A stretch of 64,000 nucleotides of DNA from the IMG/VR virus record IMGVR_UViG_3300047476_001680, positions 24,751 through 88,750 of that record; one strand, 5' to 3'. The translations under genes and the position numbers were made by a program. Of this stretch, positions 1 through 9,494 are shown in pieces; the stretch's first letter is position 1; each line of letters begins with the position of its first letter. Source of the stretch: a virus. The notes beneath the pieces were generated by a model. The model was not told the DNA's origin and did not search any database. It worked only from the letters and a program-made list of their open reading frames with translations.

Positions 1-1
1 A

Positions 2-718
2 GGTGATGAACGCAGACTTGCAGAGATCACCCACGGTACTAGGGATGGCACAGTGACTATCTGGACTCCCAATGCCCTGGCACCTTACTGGCGGCCGAAA
101 GCCAAATACGAAGGCGACCTAGGCCGTGTATACGGTGTGCAATGGCGCCACTGGCGTAAGCTTAAACCCAGAGAGGCTGATGGAACATTTAAAGATGGTT
201 TTGGTACTTCATATCGTAGAATAGGTAATAATGTAGAAGTAGTTGAGGTAGATCAACTTAAGAATCTAATCGAGGGCATCAAAACAGATCCATACGGCAG
301 GCGACATATATTAACAGCCTGGAACCCCGGGGAGCTAGACTCAATGGCACTGCCTCCCTGTCATTGCTTTGCACAGTTTTATGTAGAAGATGGCAAACTA
401 AGTTGCCAGATGTATCAGCGTAGCTGCGATATGTTTCTGGGAGTGCCTTTCAACATTGCAAGTTACTCATTACTCACGCATATGATTGCACAGGTTTGTG
501 GTTTGGGAGTGGGCGAGTTTGTTCACGTTCTCGGAGACGCACATATATACAGTAATCATCTCGAGCAGGTAAAGGAACAACTGGAACGTGAGTCTCTGCC
601 TGCCCCAGTTCTTAGACTTAATCCCGAGATAAAAGATATCACCAAATTCACTATGGATGATATCTATCTAGGCAATTACAAATCGCACACCCCACTCAAG
701 GCACCAATGGCAGTATGA
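2..718 (+). CDS. thyA: Thymidylate synthase (5'-truncated by the window edge)
   Basis: The frame is open from base 2 ([12 protein letters not shown]...). Motifs are [15 protein letters not shown], catalytic PPCH, YQRSCD, GVPFN (dUMP-specific Asn) and GDAHIY. Confidence 0.97.
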   Translation, partial: GDERRLAEITHGTRDGTVTIWTPNALAPYWRPKAKYEGDLGRVYGVQWRHWRKLKPREADGTFKDGFGTSYRRIGNNVEVVEVDQLKNLIEGIKTDPYGRRHILTAWNPGELDSMALPPCHCFAQFYVEDGKLSCQMYQRSCDMFLGVPFNIASYSLLTHMIAQVCGLGVGEFVHVLGDAHIYSNHLEQVKEQLERESLPAPVLRLNPEIKDITKFTMDDIYLGNYKSHTPLKAPMAV

Positions 719-987
719 CAAACAGTTCATCTTCATCTAATAGAGTCAAGGTAGTATTTGCTACTCTTAGACTGGCTGATGTTGAAGACCCGGAAATATA
801 CGCGGCAGGTCCTTTGATGGATTGGCAAAAAACAGAAATGGGACAATGGTGTATGGAGAATTCTCTAGATCAACCCCATTATACTATAATACAGGACTAT
901 GCTACCTGGGGGTATACTATCAAGGTATCGGGAATACTAATGGAAAAAGACTTCACTTATTTTTCCCTGAAATGGGGGCAACAATGA
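715..987 (+). CDS. Hypothetical protein, 90 aa
   Basis: ATGA overlaps with both neighbours and the composition is protein-like. Confidence 0.75.
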   Translation: MTNSSSSSNRVKVVFATLRLADVEDPEIYAAGPLMDWQKTEMGQWCMENSLDQPHYTIIQDYATWGYTIKVSGILMEKDFTYFSLKWGQQ

Positions 988-1952
988 AATTTATTGTAAC
1001 TGGTGGTGCTGGTTTTATAGGTCATAATGTTGTTCGTCAACTTGAGGATCAAGGTCATAATTGTTTTATTGTTGACAATGTCACTGACTATGGTTTTTTA
1101 AACAATCAAGAACTTGAGTATCTTTATCGAGCAAGATCTAATAGAACTCGAGCTGGCGCTCATCACATTGATATAAGAGATTATAAATCACTTAGAGGAT
1201 TTTTTAGTACTTTCGCTGTTGATTGCCACGCTGTAATACATCTAGCTAGTTTTCCAAGACAAAAAGTTGTTGGAAAAAATCCTATCTGGGGTAGTGAAGT
1301 GATGAGTACTGCACTTATTAATTTGCTGGAATTAACCAAGAGTTACCGTATACCTAAATTTGTTTATATAAGCTCTAGTATGGTTTATGGAGACTTCAAG
1401 GACGATGTGAAAGAGGATGCTATATGTCGCCCACAGGGACAGTATGGTATTATGAAACTTATGGGCGAGCATCTTGTACGTGACTATACAAGACAAGGAC
1501 ATTTTGATCACGTTATCATTAGGCCTAGTGCAGTCTACGGAGAATATGACGTGGAGGATCGTGTGGTAAGTAAGTTTATGTTAAGTGCTCTACGTGGAGA
1601 GACTTTAAAAGTTAATGGGGCTGGTGAAACTCTTGACTTTACCTACGTGGAAGATGCTGCCAGTGGCATCGTGGCGGCTGCCACTAAACAAGCTGCCAAT
1701 AATAAAACATATAACATCACAAAGAGTCACAGTTATAGTCTACTGGACGCGGCACGTATTGCTGTCGAGATCGCTGGTCGTGGTGAAATAGAGGTGCGTG
1801 ACAGAGATCTAGACTTTCCCAGTCGCGGTGCCTTAAACATTGACGCAGCACGTAGAGATCTTGGCTTTGACCCCAAGGTTGATGTGCGTGAGGGGTTTCA
1901 ACGATATGCTGATTGGTTTAGGAGTAGTCCATATTGGAAAAACCTGATCTAA
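984..1952 (+). CDS. NAD-dependent NDP-sugar epimerase/dehydratase (extended SDR)
   Basis: Motifs are TGGAGFIG, HLAS, SSSMVYG, YGIMK (YxxxK) and DFTYVED. The true start is ATG 984, overlapping the upstream stop, rather than 822. Confidence 0.93.
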   Translation: MKFIVTGGAGFIGHNVVRQLEDQGHNCFIVDNVTDYGFLNNQELEYLYRARSNRTRAGAHHIDIRDYKSLRGFFSTFAVDCHAVIHLASFPRQKVVGKNPIWGSEVMSTALINLLELTKSYRIPKFVYISSSMVYGDFKDDVKEDAICRPQGQYGIMKLMGEHLVRDYTRQGHFDHVIIRPSAVYGEYDVEDRVVSKFMLSALRGETLKVNGAGETLDFTYVEDAASGIVAAATKQAANNKTYNITKSHSYSLLDAARIAVEIAGRGEIEVRDRDLDFPSRGALNIDAARRDLGFDPKVDVREGFQRYADWFRSSPYWKNLI

Positions 1953-3082
1953 TTAAGTTTATTGATCTAAAAAGGCAATATCAGGGAATTCGCGAACAAG
2001 TTTTAGATGCAGTGGACTCTGTGTTGTCCACTGGGCAGGTTCTAGATGGTGCTAATATAGAACACCTAGAAGGCGCTATAGCGAGAATGACCAATCGCCG
2101 TTATGCGGTGGCTGTAAATTCGGGAACGCAGGCACTCATCTTTGCCGTCAGAGCTCTTGAAGAAACAAATAAAACAGGTAATGTCAGAAACAAAATATTG
2201 ATACCTTGTATAAGTTTTGTAGCAACGTTAAACTCTGTTCTAGAGACTCATAATAATCCAGTTTTTTGTGATGTAGACTATCAGGGTCTCCTGGATATTA
2301 CTACATTAACCAAGCCCTTTGATCGATCATCAGACAGGCGCCCTTTTGATATTGTAATGTATGTTAATATTTTTGGTAACACCATTGACTACGACAAGTT
2401 CTACACTGCGGTTAAGTTTTTTGGTGACCAAGACATACCCATCATTGAAGATGCTGCACAGAGTTTAGGTGCAAAATACAAAGGTATACCCAGTGGCAAA
2501 CTGGGTGATATTAGCATACTAAGTTTTGACCCTACCAAAAATTTGCCTAACTATGGTTCGGGCGGTATGATACTCACCGACGATGCAGCAGAGTATGCTT
2601 TGCTACGAGATCTAAGAGATAACGGCAAATACGATAACTATTCTAGAACTGGAATCAATAGCAAGATGAGTGAGCTAGATGCAGCCGTGATGCTAGTAAA
2701 GCTAGAGCATTTCCCCAAGTGGCAGAAAAGACGCACTGATATAGCTAATTACTATACACAAGAGCTACAAGACTATGTACAAGTGCCCAAGATCACGCAG
2801 GATTGTGAGCCAGCCTGGCACAAGTATGTTATAAGATATGCTGACCGCAGTATTCTCAAAGCTCACTTAATGCGTGAAAATATTGAAACAAAAATACACT
2901 ACGACACGCCACTTTTTGACCTACCGCTGGGATTTAGTTACGCTGATTTTAAATCAACTATGTATACCAATGCTATGATGTTTAGTCGTAGCTGCCTCAG
3001 CTTACCCATATATCCCGAGCTAAGTGACCTAGAAGTAGAGCGAATAGTTAACAGTGTCAAAAGTGGTGCCGCAAGGACCTAG
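1934..3082 (+). CDS. DegT/DnrJ/EryC1/StrS-family PLP-dependent sugar aminotransferase
   Basis: Motifs are NSGTQAL, IEDAAQSLG, SFDPTKNL (PLP lysine), GGMILT and LSLPIYP. TTG start with AGGAG upstream. Confidence 0.93.
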   Translation: MEKPDLIKFIDLKRQYQGIREQVLDAVDSVLSTGQVLDGANIEHLEGAIARMTNRRYAVAVNSGTQALIFAVRALEETNKTGNVRNKILIPCISFVATLNSVLETHNNPVFCDVDYQGLLDITTLTKPFDRSSDRRPFDIVMYVNIFGNTIDYDKFYTAVKFFGDQDIPIIEDAAQSLGAKYKGIPSGKLGDISILSFDPTKNLPNYGSGGMILTDDAAEYALLRDLRDNGKYDNYSRTGINSKMSELDAAVMLVKLEHFPKWQKRRTDIANYYTQELQDYVQVPKITQDCEPAWHKYVIRYADRSILKAHLMRENIETKIHYDTPLFDLPLGFSYADFKSTMYTNAMMFSRSCLSLPIYPELSDLEVERIVNSVKSGAART

Positions 3083-5441
3083 CGTAGTCTGCTAGCCAGG
3101 CCCAGTCAAAACTTAATTTAATCTTGTCGTAATCACCAGCCACTTGCTCGTAGTAATCAAGAGCATCCTGTGCCCCCTGAAGGCACCAGTCGGCATTCTC
3201 TCCCTCAGCCCTCGTAGTCCAGACTTTTAGTCTGTGACTAGTCTCTATGGTTTCAGTCTGACTATTAAAGTGTTTGAGCTTTAGTACTTCACGAAATGCT
3301 GTACGCCAGGTCATCCAGGGATTTTGATTGAAATGTGCCACACCGGAAAGCACAGGCACACTCTCGTGAGCTTGGCTTAGAGTAAAATCTATGCCGGGTT
3401 GGTTATTCTCTAGTACTAACTTTTTATTATAGGCGATAAGACCCTGATGACCATACTCCAGTCCATTAAGAATATTCTTACTGTTAAAAATATAATGTTT
3501 AGGCTGCTGGAAATAATCTGGTTGCCAATAAAAATTAAAATCTGGAGTTATCTCTAGTTTAGCAAACACTGCAAAGAACCAGGGAGTATGGCTTAACTCC
3601 GCGGCTGCTTGATAGGCGGCTGTCCTGCCATTGACATTTTGTACTCTACGCACCTTTTTACTGGCAATGTTCGCAAGATGATTGTACCAATGCTCAGCAT
3701 CAGGTTCCCCGTTACTGATATAGATTATATCCAGAGGTTGATCAATACTTAGTTTATTTTTTGTTTTGTTGATATAGGGATAATCGTAGATCTGTGTGTT
3801 GATGTGACCCTTGGCGTCACGTGGCACATAGCAAACACTGTTACTGGGACAGAAGCTGACTAACTCTCTGTCTTTATGTGACCATAGACAGACATTGTCC
3901 ATTATATGTGTATGTGATCGGTTGGTAAACAGTGCGTAGGGAGTTTTAAACTGATGCTTGCTTATTTCTTCAGTGAGATTGTCTGAATCATACTTAACAA
4001 TATCCTGAGGAAAACGTAATACTATTTGATCTTCACAGTAGTTTATGATATTAAACCAATCCAGCAGTTCAAGATCATACATCTGTTGTTTAAAGCTGGG
4101 CACGTGAATATAAAATGTATCACCACGTTTCAACACACCCGTGGGGAAACAATGTATCATTTCTCTCTGACTGCCGTCAGGATGCCAGGTAAAATCAAAT
4201 TTACTGTAATCACAAATGCTGCTAACGATCCAGACGAACTCAGTGTCAGCCAGGCTCATTATGCGCTTAAAAACATTGAGATGGTTGTCCACGTACCTGG
4301 TGCTTTTGATATCCGGAAAACGTTCTTTTAATTCTTCCAGTTGTCGCTTGCTTTCTGGATTTAGGAAATCCATATAGAATATCTGCGTGGCATTGGTGCG
4401 TATTTTCTGGCCGGCCACATATTTGATGCCGGCGGTGCCATTGTATATGGGCCCGCCTTCTCTCTGCCACTGAGTGGGGAATCTGTATTCGTAATCTGGC
4501 TCAAATCTAGAAGGGTGCCAACTAAAATCAAAGCCTGTAGTATCTATGCCAGCGGGCACTGTCCACCGTGACATATCAGGCAATGCTGTGGCAGTGGGAG
4601 TATATACAATTTTAACTCCAGCAGTTCCACGATAGATTGGCCCACCAGAACTTTGCCATTGGGTACCAAAATGATATTCGTAGTCTAGGTCCCTAAAGTC
4701 AGGATGCCAACTAAAATCAAAGCTTGCTTGGTCAATATTGTCGGGCACTGACCACCGGGACATATCAGGAAGTGCTCGGGCTGTTTGTGCCGTTTCTAGT
4801 TTTATGCCAGCTACTCCCTGGTATATTGGTCCACCCGTTTTTTGCCACTGGGTACCAAAATGGTATTCATAGGCAGGTTCCCTTATATCAGGATGCCAAC
4901 TAAAGTCAAAATTGCTAGTATCTATGTTAGCTGGTATTTTCCACCGAGATAAGTCAGCAAGAGCGTGTGCACGTTGCTCGCTGGCTAACTTTGTACCCTT
5001 GGTGCCTGGGTATATTGGTCCACCAGTGTCTTGCCATTGCGTGCCAAAATAATGCTCGTAATCACCATCAGTAAAGTCTGGGTGCCAGCTAAAATCAAAT
5101 TTTTCTTCGTCTATATGTACAGGTATACGCCATACAGACTTTACACTTTGTCTAATTACTCGTTGATCGCTTCTAAAATTATACTGTAATTGAGCAGCGG
5201 AACCTTTTCTAGCAAAATAAGTTCCACCATTGCGCTGATGCTGCGAAGGAAAAACGTGCACGTGGTCTCGTTCCCAGGGTGGTGGTTGCCAGAAAAAATT
5301 GAAACCAGTGTAATCATTATGGCCATCAAGGAACCAGAAGAATTCAGTTCGCGACAGTTCAGCAGCTTCAGCTAAACTGTTAGCAGAACGCTCAAAGGCG
5401 AATAATCCTGTGGGTTGGTTTTTATAGAAAACGTCAAACAT
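3057..5441 (-). CDS. Multidomain glycosyltransferase-like protein with four 63-aa tandem repeats
   Basis: The C-terminal domain (LDIIYISNGEP...RVQNVNG...AAAELSHTPWFFAV...WRTAFRE) is clearly paralogous to 19643-20605. Degenerate copies occur at the N-terminus and in the middle. Confidence 0.7.
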   Translation of the reverse strand: MFDVFYKNQPTGLFAFERSANSLAEAAELSRTEFFWFLDGHNDYTGFNFFWQPPPWERDHVHVFPSQHQRNGGTYFARKGSAAQLQYNFRSDQRVIRQSVKSVWRIPVHIDEEKFDFSWHPDFTDGDYEHYFGTQWQDTGGPIYPGTKGTKLASEQRAHALADLSRWKIPANIDTSNFDFSWHPDIREPAYEYHFGTQWQKTGGPIYQGVAGIKLETAQTARALPDMSRWSVPDNIDQASFDFSWHPDFRDLDYEYHFGTQWQSSGGPIYRGTAGVKIVYTPTATALPDMSRWTVPAGIDTTGFDFSWHPSRFEPDYEYRFPTQWQREGGPIYNGTAGIKYVAGQKIRTNATQIFYMDFLNPESKRQLEELKERFPDIKSTRYVDNHLNVFKRIMSLADTEFVWIVSSICDYSKFDFTWHPDGSQREMIHCFPTGVLKRGDTFYIHVPSFKQQMYDLELLDWFNIINYCEDQIVLRFPQDIVKYDSDNLTEEISKHQFKTPYALFTNRSHTHIMDNVCLWSHKDRELVSFCPSNSVCYVPRDAKGHINTQIYDYPYINKTKNKLSIDQPLDIIYISNGEPDAEHWYNHLANIASKKVRRVQNVNGRTAAYQAAAELSHTPWFFAVFAKLEITPDFNFYWQPDYFQQPKHYIFNSKNILNGLEYGHQGLIAYNKKLVLENNQPGIDFTLSQAHESVPVLSGVAHFNQNPWMTWRTAFREVLKLKHFNSQTETIETSHRLKVWTTRAEGENADWCLQGAQDALDYYEQVAGDYDKIKLSFDWAWLADYARSLRHHF
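4377..5132 (-). repeat. Four coding tandem repeats of 189 bp (63 aa)
   Basis: Unit WxxPxxIDxxxFDFSWHPxxxxxxYExxFxTQWQxxGGPIYxGxxGxK. The first Trp codons start at 5132, 4943, 4754 and 4565. Confidence 0.95.
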
Positions 5442-5949
5442 CTAAAATCTGTTCTACTTGAATACCTGAAGCTTTGAGAAACTTGATGCCAGCATCATCA
5501 CGATAGTTGGCACCGTAGAAAACTCTCTTAATACCTGATTGATAAATTAGTTTTGCACAGTCAATGCAGGGGCTATGGGTAACAAAAATATCAGCACCAT
5601 CCCCACTTTCACTGGACTTGGCTAATTTAGAGATAGCATTGGACTCGGCGTGCAGTACTTCGGGTCTAGTCACTAACTTGTATCTACCCACTGATACATT
5701 TTCAGTATATTCTTCCAAGGGCCATAGTTCCTCAACCTCTGGCAGACTTAACCACCCGCCCGCATCCTGCGGCATCCATTCACGTGTTTCACAATTATTG
5801 TCCCAGCCAGCCGGCATACCATTGTACCCAATAGAGATAATTCTATCGTCTTTGACCACAATGGCGCCCACTTGGAGACGTTTGGCGTAACTAAGTCCAG
5901 CAAATGTCTTGGCTGTGGACATATAAGCCCGCTTAAATTTTTCTTTCAT
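5434..5949 (-). CDS. dCMP deaminase
   Basis: Motifs are VGAIVVKD, IGYNG, HAESNA and SPCIDC (zinc ligands). Confidence 0.95.
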   Translation of the reverse strand: MKEKFKRAYMSTAKTFAGLSYAKRLQVGAIVVKDDRIISIGYNGMPAGWDNNCETREWMPQDAGGWLSLPEVEELWPLEEYTENVSVGRYKLVTRPEVLHAESNAISKLAKSSESGDGADIFVTHSPCIDCAKLIYQSGIKRVFYGANYRDDAGIKFLKASGIQVEQILDV

Positions 5950-7058
5950 TATTCACACATTTCTAAAAAAGGGTAAACTAGGTCGTTCACTAGTCTATAT
6001 TCTACTACGTCTGCATTAAAAAATAAATGATAATTATGTTCAATTTTACCTTCAGTGATTCTATCATATAAAAATTTTGATGATTTTTTGTTCGAATACA
6101 CATTGCCTTGCAATTTTTTCACATTTTCAACAATCTGGTCTAATCGCACATACGCATCATCTGTCTCATCATAGCTTTCATCAAATAGGTTATCATAAGT
6201 TTCAAATCCCAAACTCTTTAAATGTTTCACAATGCCCGGCTGGCCGTGTATTATAAAAGGATGCCCGTACATTATGGGTTTATAAGTTTTTTCTGTTATA
6301 AACAGTGGAGAATCAAAATTATTTTTATTATGGAGAAAAGGCTGCCTTATTACACAGGTTTCCGATACCAAGCTAAAATATGTATCATTGTACCAATCTG
6401 GATTAAAATACCTGTCGTTAATTATTCCCAGGTTTTCATATTCCCATAAATTATATTGATTTTCAAAATTGATATTTCTAGGAAGGTATATATTTTCCTT
6501 CATACAACTATACAATACGTCAGGCAATAACGGTTCCATTTTCTTCAAGAGTTCTTCTCTATGATTTCTTAATCTACCGATGGGCATTAATGCCAGTTTA
6601 TTTCTATTTGCTTCGCGAGGATAGGAGAACTTGTGAAAGATTAGTTTCTTGTCACCCCTGAAACTTTCCCAGCCATTCAAATGTCTAAATACTTCGTTGA
6701 ACCAAAACCAATTAGTTACATTGAATATTTCAAATTGATTATAAATTTCCGGATGGTGTTCGGGATAATATTCTGTAAAATGCCATATAATAACCTTAAA
6801 CCCGTCATTTCGAAGTGACGCATAAAGTGGTAAATTATTTAAAAATTGTTCTTGATTATAAATGTCACAAATTACAAAGATATGTTGAGTTTTATCATAG
6901 GATTTTGTTTCATCATATATTTCTATATTAAAAAAATTTTCAAAAAAAGGCCGCATATTCAAGCCGAAATATGCTGTAGATGATTTTTCATAAAAATCTT
7001 TTCGACGGAACCAATATTTTTCAGTTGCCCAATCCAATAAAACAATAGTTTTCTTCAT
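5949..7058 (-). CDS. Putative glycosyltransferase (GT10-like C-terminal motif)
   Basis: FSLVSET...FITEKTYKPI...PFI...LKSLGFETY...FDESYD resembles the TEK motif of fucosyltransferase-like proteins. The gene is very AT-rich. Confidence 0.6.
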   Translation of the reverse strand: MKKTIVLLDWATEKYWFRRKDFYEKSSTAYFGLNMRPFFENFFNIEIYDETKSYDKTQHIFVICDIYNQEQFLNNLPLYASLRNDGFKVIIWHFTEYYPEHHPEIYNQFEIFNVTNWFWFNEVFRHLNGWESFRGDKKLIFHKFSYPREANRNKLALMPIGRLRNHREELLKKMEPLLPDVLYSCMKENIYLPRNINFENQYNLWEYENLGIINDRYFNPDWYNDTYFSLVSETCVIRQPFLHNKNNFDSPLFITEKTYKPIMYGHPFIIHGQPGIVKHLKSLGFETYDNLFDESYDETDDAYVRLDQIVENVKKLQGNVYSNKKSSKFLYDRITEGKIEHNYHLFFNADVVEYRLVNDLVYPFLEMCE

Positions 7059-7282
7059 TATTTTTTATTTCTATTGGCCACTGCGTCCTTGAGCATAGCC
7101 TTAACCATTAATATGACTCTATTTTTTTCTTTCTCGGCTAACAATTTTACTAGCACTTGTTTATCTTCGTAACTTTTAGCATTGTCCAAAAACTCGGGAG
7201 GAACAGTTAGCTTGGGTTTTTTGGGTTTAAATTTTTTAAAATCATTTGCGTCGTCATCGTTCATTTTATTATTATTCTCCAC
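7058..7282 (-). CDS. Hypothetical basic protein, 74 aa
   Basis: ORF in the operon with GGAG near the start. Confidence 0.65.
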   Translation of the reverse strand: MENNNKMNDDDANDFKKFKPKKPKLTVPPEFLDNAKSYEDKQVLVKLLAEKEKNRVILMVKAMLKDAVANRNKK

Positions 7283-7295
7283 GATATTTTTATTT

Positions 7296-8774
7296 TTAAC
7301 TACACACTTTTACACCATACATTTTTTCGAACCTGTCTGCATCCAGGCGATCATTGACTATCGGCTCGCCACGTACATTCAAGCTAGTATTTAACAGCAT
7401 AGGACAGTCTGTGATCTCGTACCAACGTTCCAGTAAAGATCTGATGCCTGAATTGGAATCTTTACCGACTGTCTGCACTCTACTAGTACCGTCCACGTGT
7501 ACTATGGCAGGAAAGAGATCAGGTTGTTTACATTTTGCCACCACTTGCATATAGGGGCTTGATTTCCACCCACGCGGCATTTCAAAATAATTGTCCACAA
7601 GTTCCTCTAGAATTACTGGGGCGAAAGGTCTGAATTTTTGTCTACGCTTTATTTCGTTAACTCGATCCTTGATATCGGTACCTCTTGGATCTGCTAATAA
7701 ACTTCTATTGCCCAATGCCCTGGGTCCAAATTCTGCGCGACCGCTAGCAACGCCCACAATGCCATCAACCAGTAAACTATCAAGAAGGTCATCAACAGGG
7801 TATGGACCAGGTATATTATTCCCAATATAAGCGTTAGTCCAATTAAGCTGACTCCCATAAGCGAGGGCCGCAGCACCAAGGCTACTACCAGCATCGCCGG
7901 GATTAGGCATAATCCAAATATTCTCAAAGTATTCTCCTAAATTTCTATTGGCTAGACAGTTCAACGCCACCCCGCCACTGTAAACTAAATTATTACTATT
8001 GTTTAGATTTCGAGCTCTTGAAAAAACTTTTTTCAGAATTCTTTCTGTCACTTTTTGTGCACAAGCGGCTATTTCTTCTTTTTCAAAAAAAGCTAGTTCA
8101 TTTTCAGAGATTCCCAAATGTAAATTTAGTTTAAAAGAAGACTCGGCAATATCGTCAATGTATTTGCGTTCTAAAATACTATAATGGTAAGGACGAGCAT
8201 AGGCGCTCATCCCCATCAATATATATTCTTCTTCGTTGGGTTTTAGCCCCACTCTTTTGGTCATTGCACTATAAAATAAACCAATACTATGTGGATACTT
8301 TTTTGACCAAAGCTTTTCATATCGGGCACGGCCGCCTACGAGTGAAGCATTCCAGATTGATATAGTATCAAACTCCCCAATGGCATCAATGACCACAACA
8401 GTGGCGCGGTCGAATCCACTGGTTTGGAATCCCGCAGCGGCGTGACTGAGATGATGTCCGTAGGTTTTTATTTTAAAATTATTTAAATTGATGGGGAGTT
8501 GTTGCTGTAGTATTTGTCTAGTAGTAAACTTGTCCAGTTCTAGACCTTGTCCACTATATAAGCGACGTAATTGTTTAAGCCAAGGTCGTTCAAAATAAGC
8601 TAGGGTATTGATGGGAAATGCAAAAGCATCACTTATTAAAGACTTATGTAAGTTGGGGTCGTTTTTTATTTTGCTGTAACGTTCACTGTGCCCAGCAAAC
8701 AGTATGTCCCCTTGTGGACTAACGACACTAAGAGCAGCATCGTGATCACCCGCCGATATACCTAATATGTTCAT
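7296..8774 (-). CDS. Carbamoyltransferase (NodU/CmcH/TobZ family)
   Basis: Motifs are ILGIS..HD, HHLSHAA, DAIGE, GGVALNC, GDAGSSLGAA, EFGPRALGNRS, RPFAP, HVDGTSRVQTV and LNTSLN. The likely start is MNILG at 8774. Confidence 0.96.
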   Translation of the reverse strand: MNILGISAGDHDAALSVVSPQGDILFAGHSERYSKIKNDPNLHKSLISDAFAFPINTLAYFERPWLKQLRRLYSGQGLELDKFTTRQILQQQLPINLNNFKIKTYGHHLSHAAAGFQTSGFDRATVVVIDAIGEFDTISIWNASLVGGRARYEKLWSKKYPHSIGLFYSAMTKRVGLKPNEEEYILMGMSAYARPYHYSILERKYIDDIAESSFKLNLHLGISENELAFFEKEEIAACAQKVTERILKKVFSRARNLNNSNNLVYSGGVALNCLANRNLGEYFENIWIMPNPGDAGSSLGAAALAYGSQLNWTNAYIGNNIPGPYPVDDLLDSLLVDGIVGVASGRAEFGPRALGNRSLLADPRGTDIKDRVNEIKRRQKFRPFAPVILEELVDNYFEMPRGWKSSPYMQVVAKCKQPDLFPAIVHVDGTSRVQTVGKDSNSGIRSLLERWYEITDCPMLLNTSLNVRGEPIVNDRLDADRFEKMYGVKVCS

Positions 8775-9390
8775 AAACTTTATTAGCAATTAATTTATGC
8801 CCTTCGGGATTGGGATGACCCCGAGGCATTTTGGATAATTTGTTAGTCCACTCATCGGTACTATCAAACATTGTTTTATCTACAAACATATCCATATCAA
8901 TATTTTTTACAAGATCTTGATGTAAATGATTAAATTTCATATGCAATTTATTTGCATTATGACTGATAAACATCACGCAGGGTATTTGTTTTAACTTACA
9001 CATACCTTGTATTAAAATTATCTGTCTCAGCCAATTGGTATAATAGTACTCAGGCTGATCGTGCAATACAGTATACTTAATTAAATCTACTCTGTGCTGT
9101 AAATTGTGATCATTGACCCAGGGACTAATCCGTCCTCCCCAAACATCATATATTCCGTAGTTATCAGCTAATTCCATTCTTCCGGGATTGGTCCAGGAAA
9201 TTACTAATAATTTGCAATCAGACAAAACTACATCTAGGGCTCTTTTTACTATCCTGGTATTTCCGCAAGCTTCTTTACCAAGATTCGTGACTTCTCGTCC
9301 CAATAAATTTTGCAATACACTGGGCCAGGCGTCTGCCCTATCTGCCAGTTCAGCACCGTACGTAAAGCTACAACCCACTGCATATATCAT
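8746..9390 (-). CDS. SGNH/GDSL-fold hydrolase or acyltransferase-like protein
   Basis: Block I GCSFTYG, then NLG..ACGN, and C-terminal GHPNPEGH. Confidence 0.75.
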   Translation of the reverse strand: MIYAVGCSFTYGAELADRADAWPSVLQNLLGREVTNLGKEACGNTRIVKRALDVVLSDCKLLVISWTNPGRMELADNYGIYDVWGGRISPWVNDHNLQHRVDLIKYTVLHDQPEYYYTNWLRQIILIQGMCKLKQIPCVMFISHNANKLHMKFNHLHQDLVKNIDMDMFVDKTMFDSTDEWTNKLSKMPRGHPNPEGHKLIANKVYEHIRYIGG

Positions 9391-9393
9391 AAT

Positions 9394-9492
9394 TTAATAG
9401 ATAAAAGGGTCGCGCTTTCGTAGTTCTTTGAGTTTTCGTCTATACTTAATTTCTAGTTTAATTCTATTATATAAGTTTACTAACCATTTCAT
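9394..9492 (-). CDS. Small basic peptide, 32 aa (MKWLVNLYNRIKLEIKYRRKLKELRKRDPFIY); not in the ORF track
   Basis: ATG at 9492 and TAA at 9394-9396. It fills the gap between two operon genes almost exactly. Confidence 0.75.
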   Translation of the reverse strand: MKWLVNLYNRIKLEIKYRRKLKELRKRDPFIY

Positions 9493-9494
9493 TT

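Noticed and set aside
2-718. thyA as a dCMP hydroxymethylase or other modified-base synthase, or as containing an intein or intron
   Set aside because: It retains the dUMP-specifying Asn (GVPFN) and all canonical motifs. The insertion of about 25 aa after QWRHW is too short and lacks splicing motifs.
822-983. N-terminal extension of the epimerase in the ORF track
   Set aside because: It overlaps the 90-aa gene, and the Rossmann motif starts immediately after ATG 984.
4377-5132. Repeats as a CRISPR array or DGR template/variable repeats
   Set aside because: The period is 189 bp in frame, variation is at synonymous and loop positions and is not adenine-specific, and there is no cas or reverse transcriptase gene in the window.
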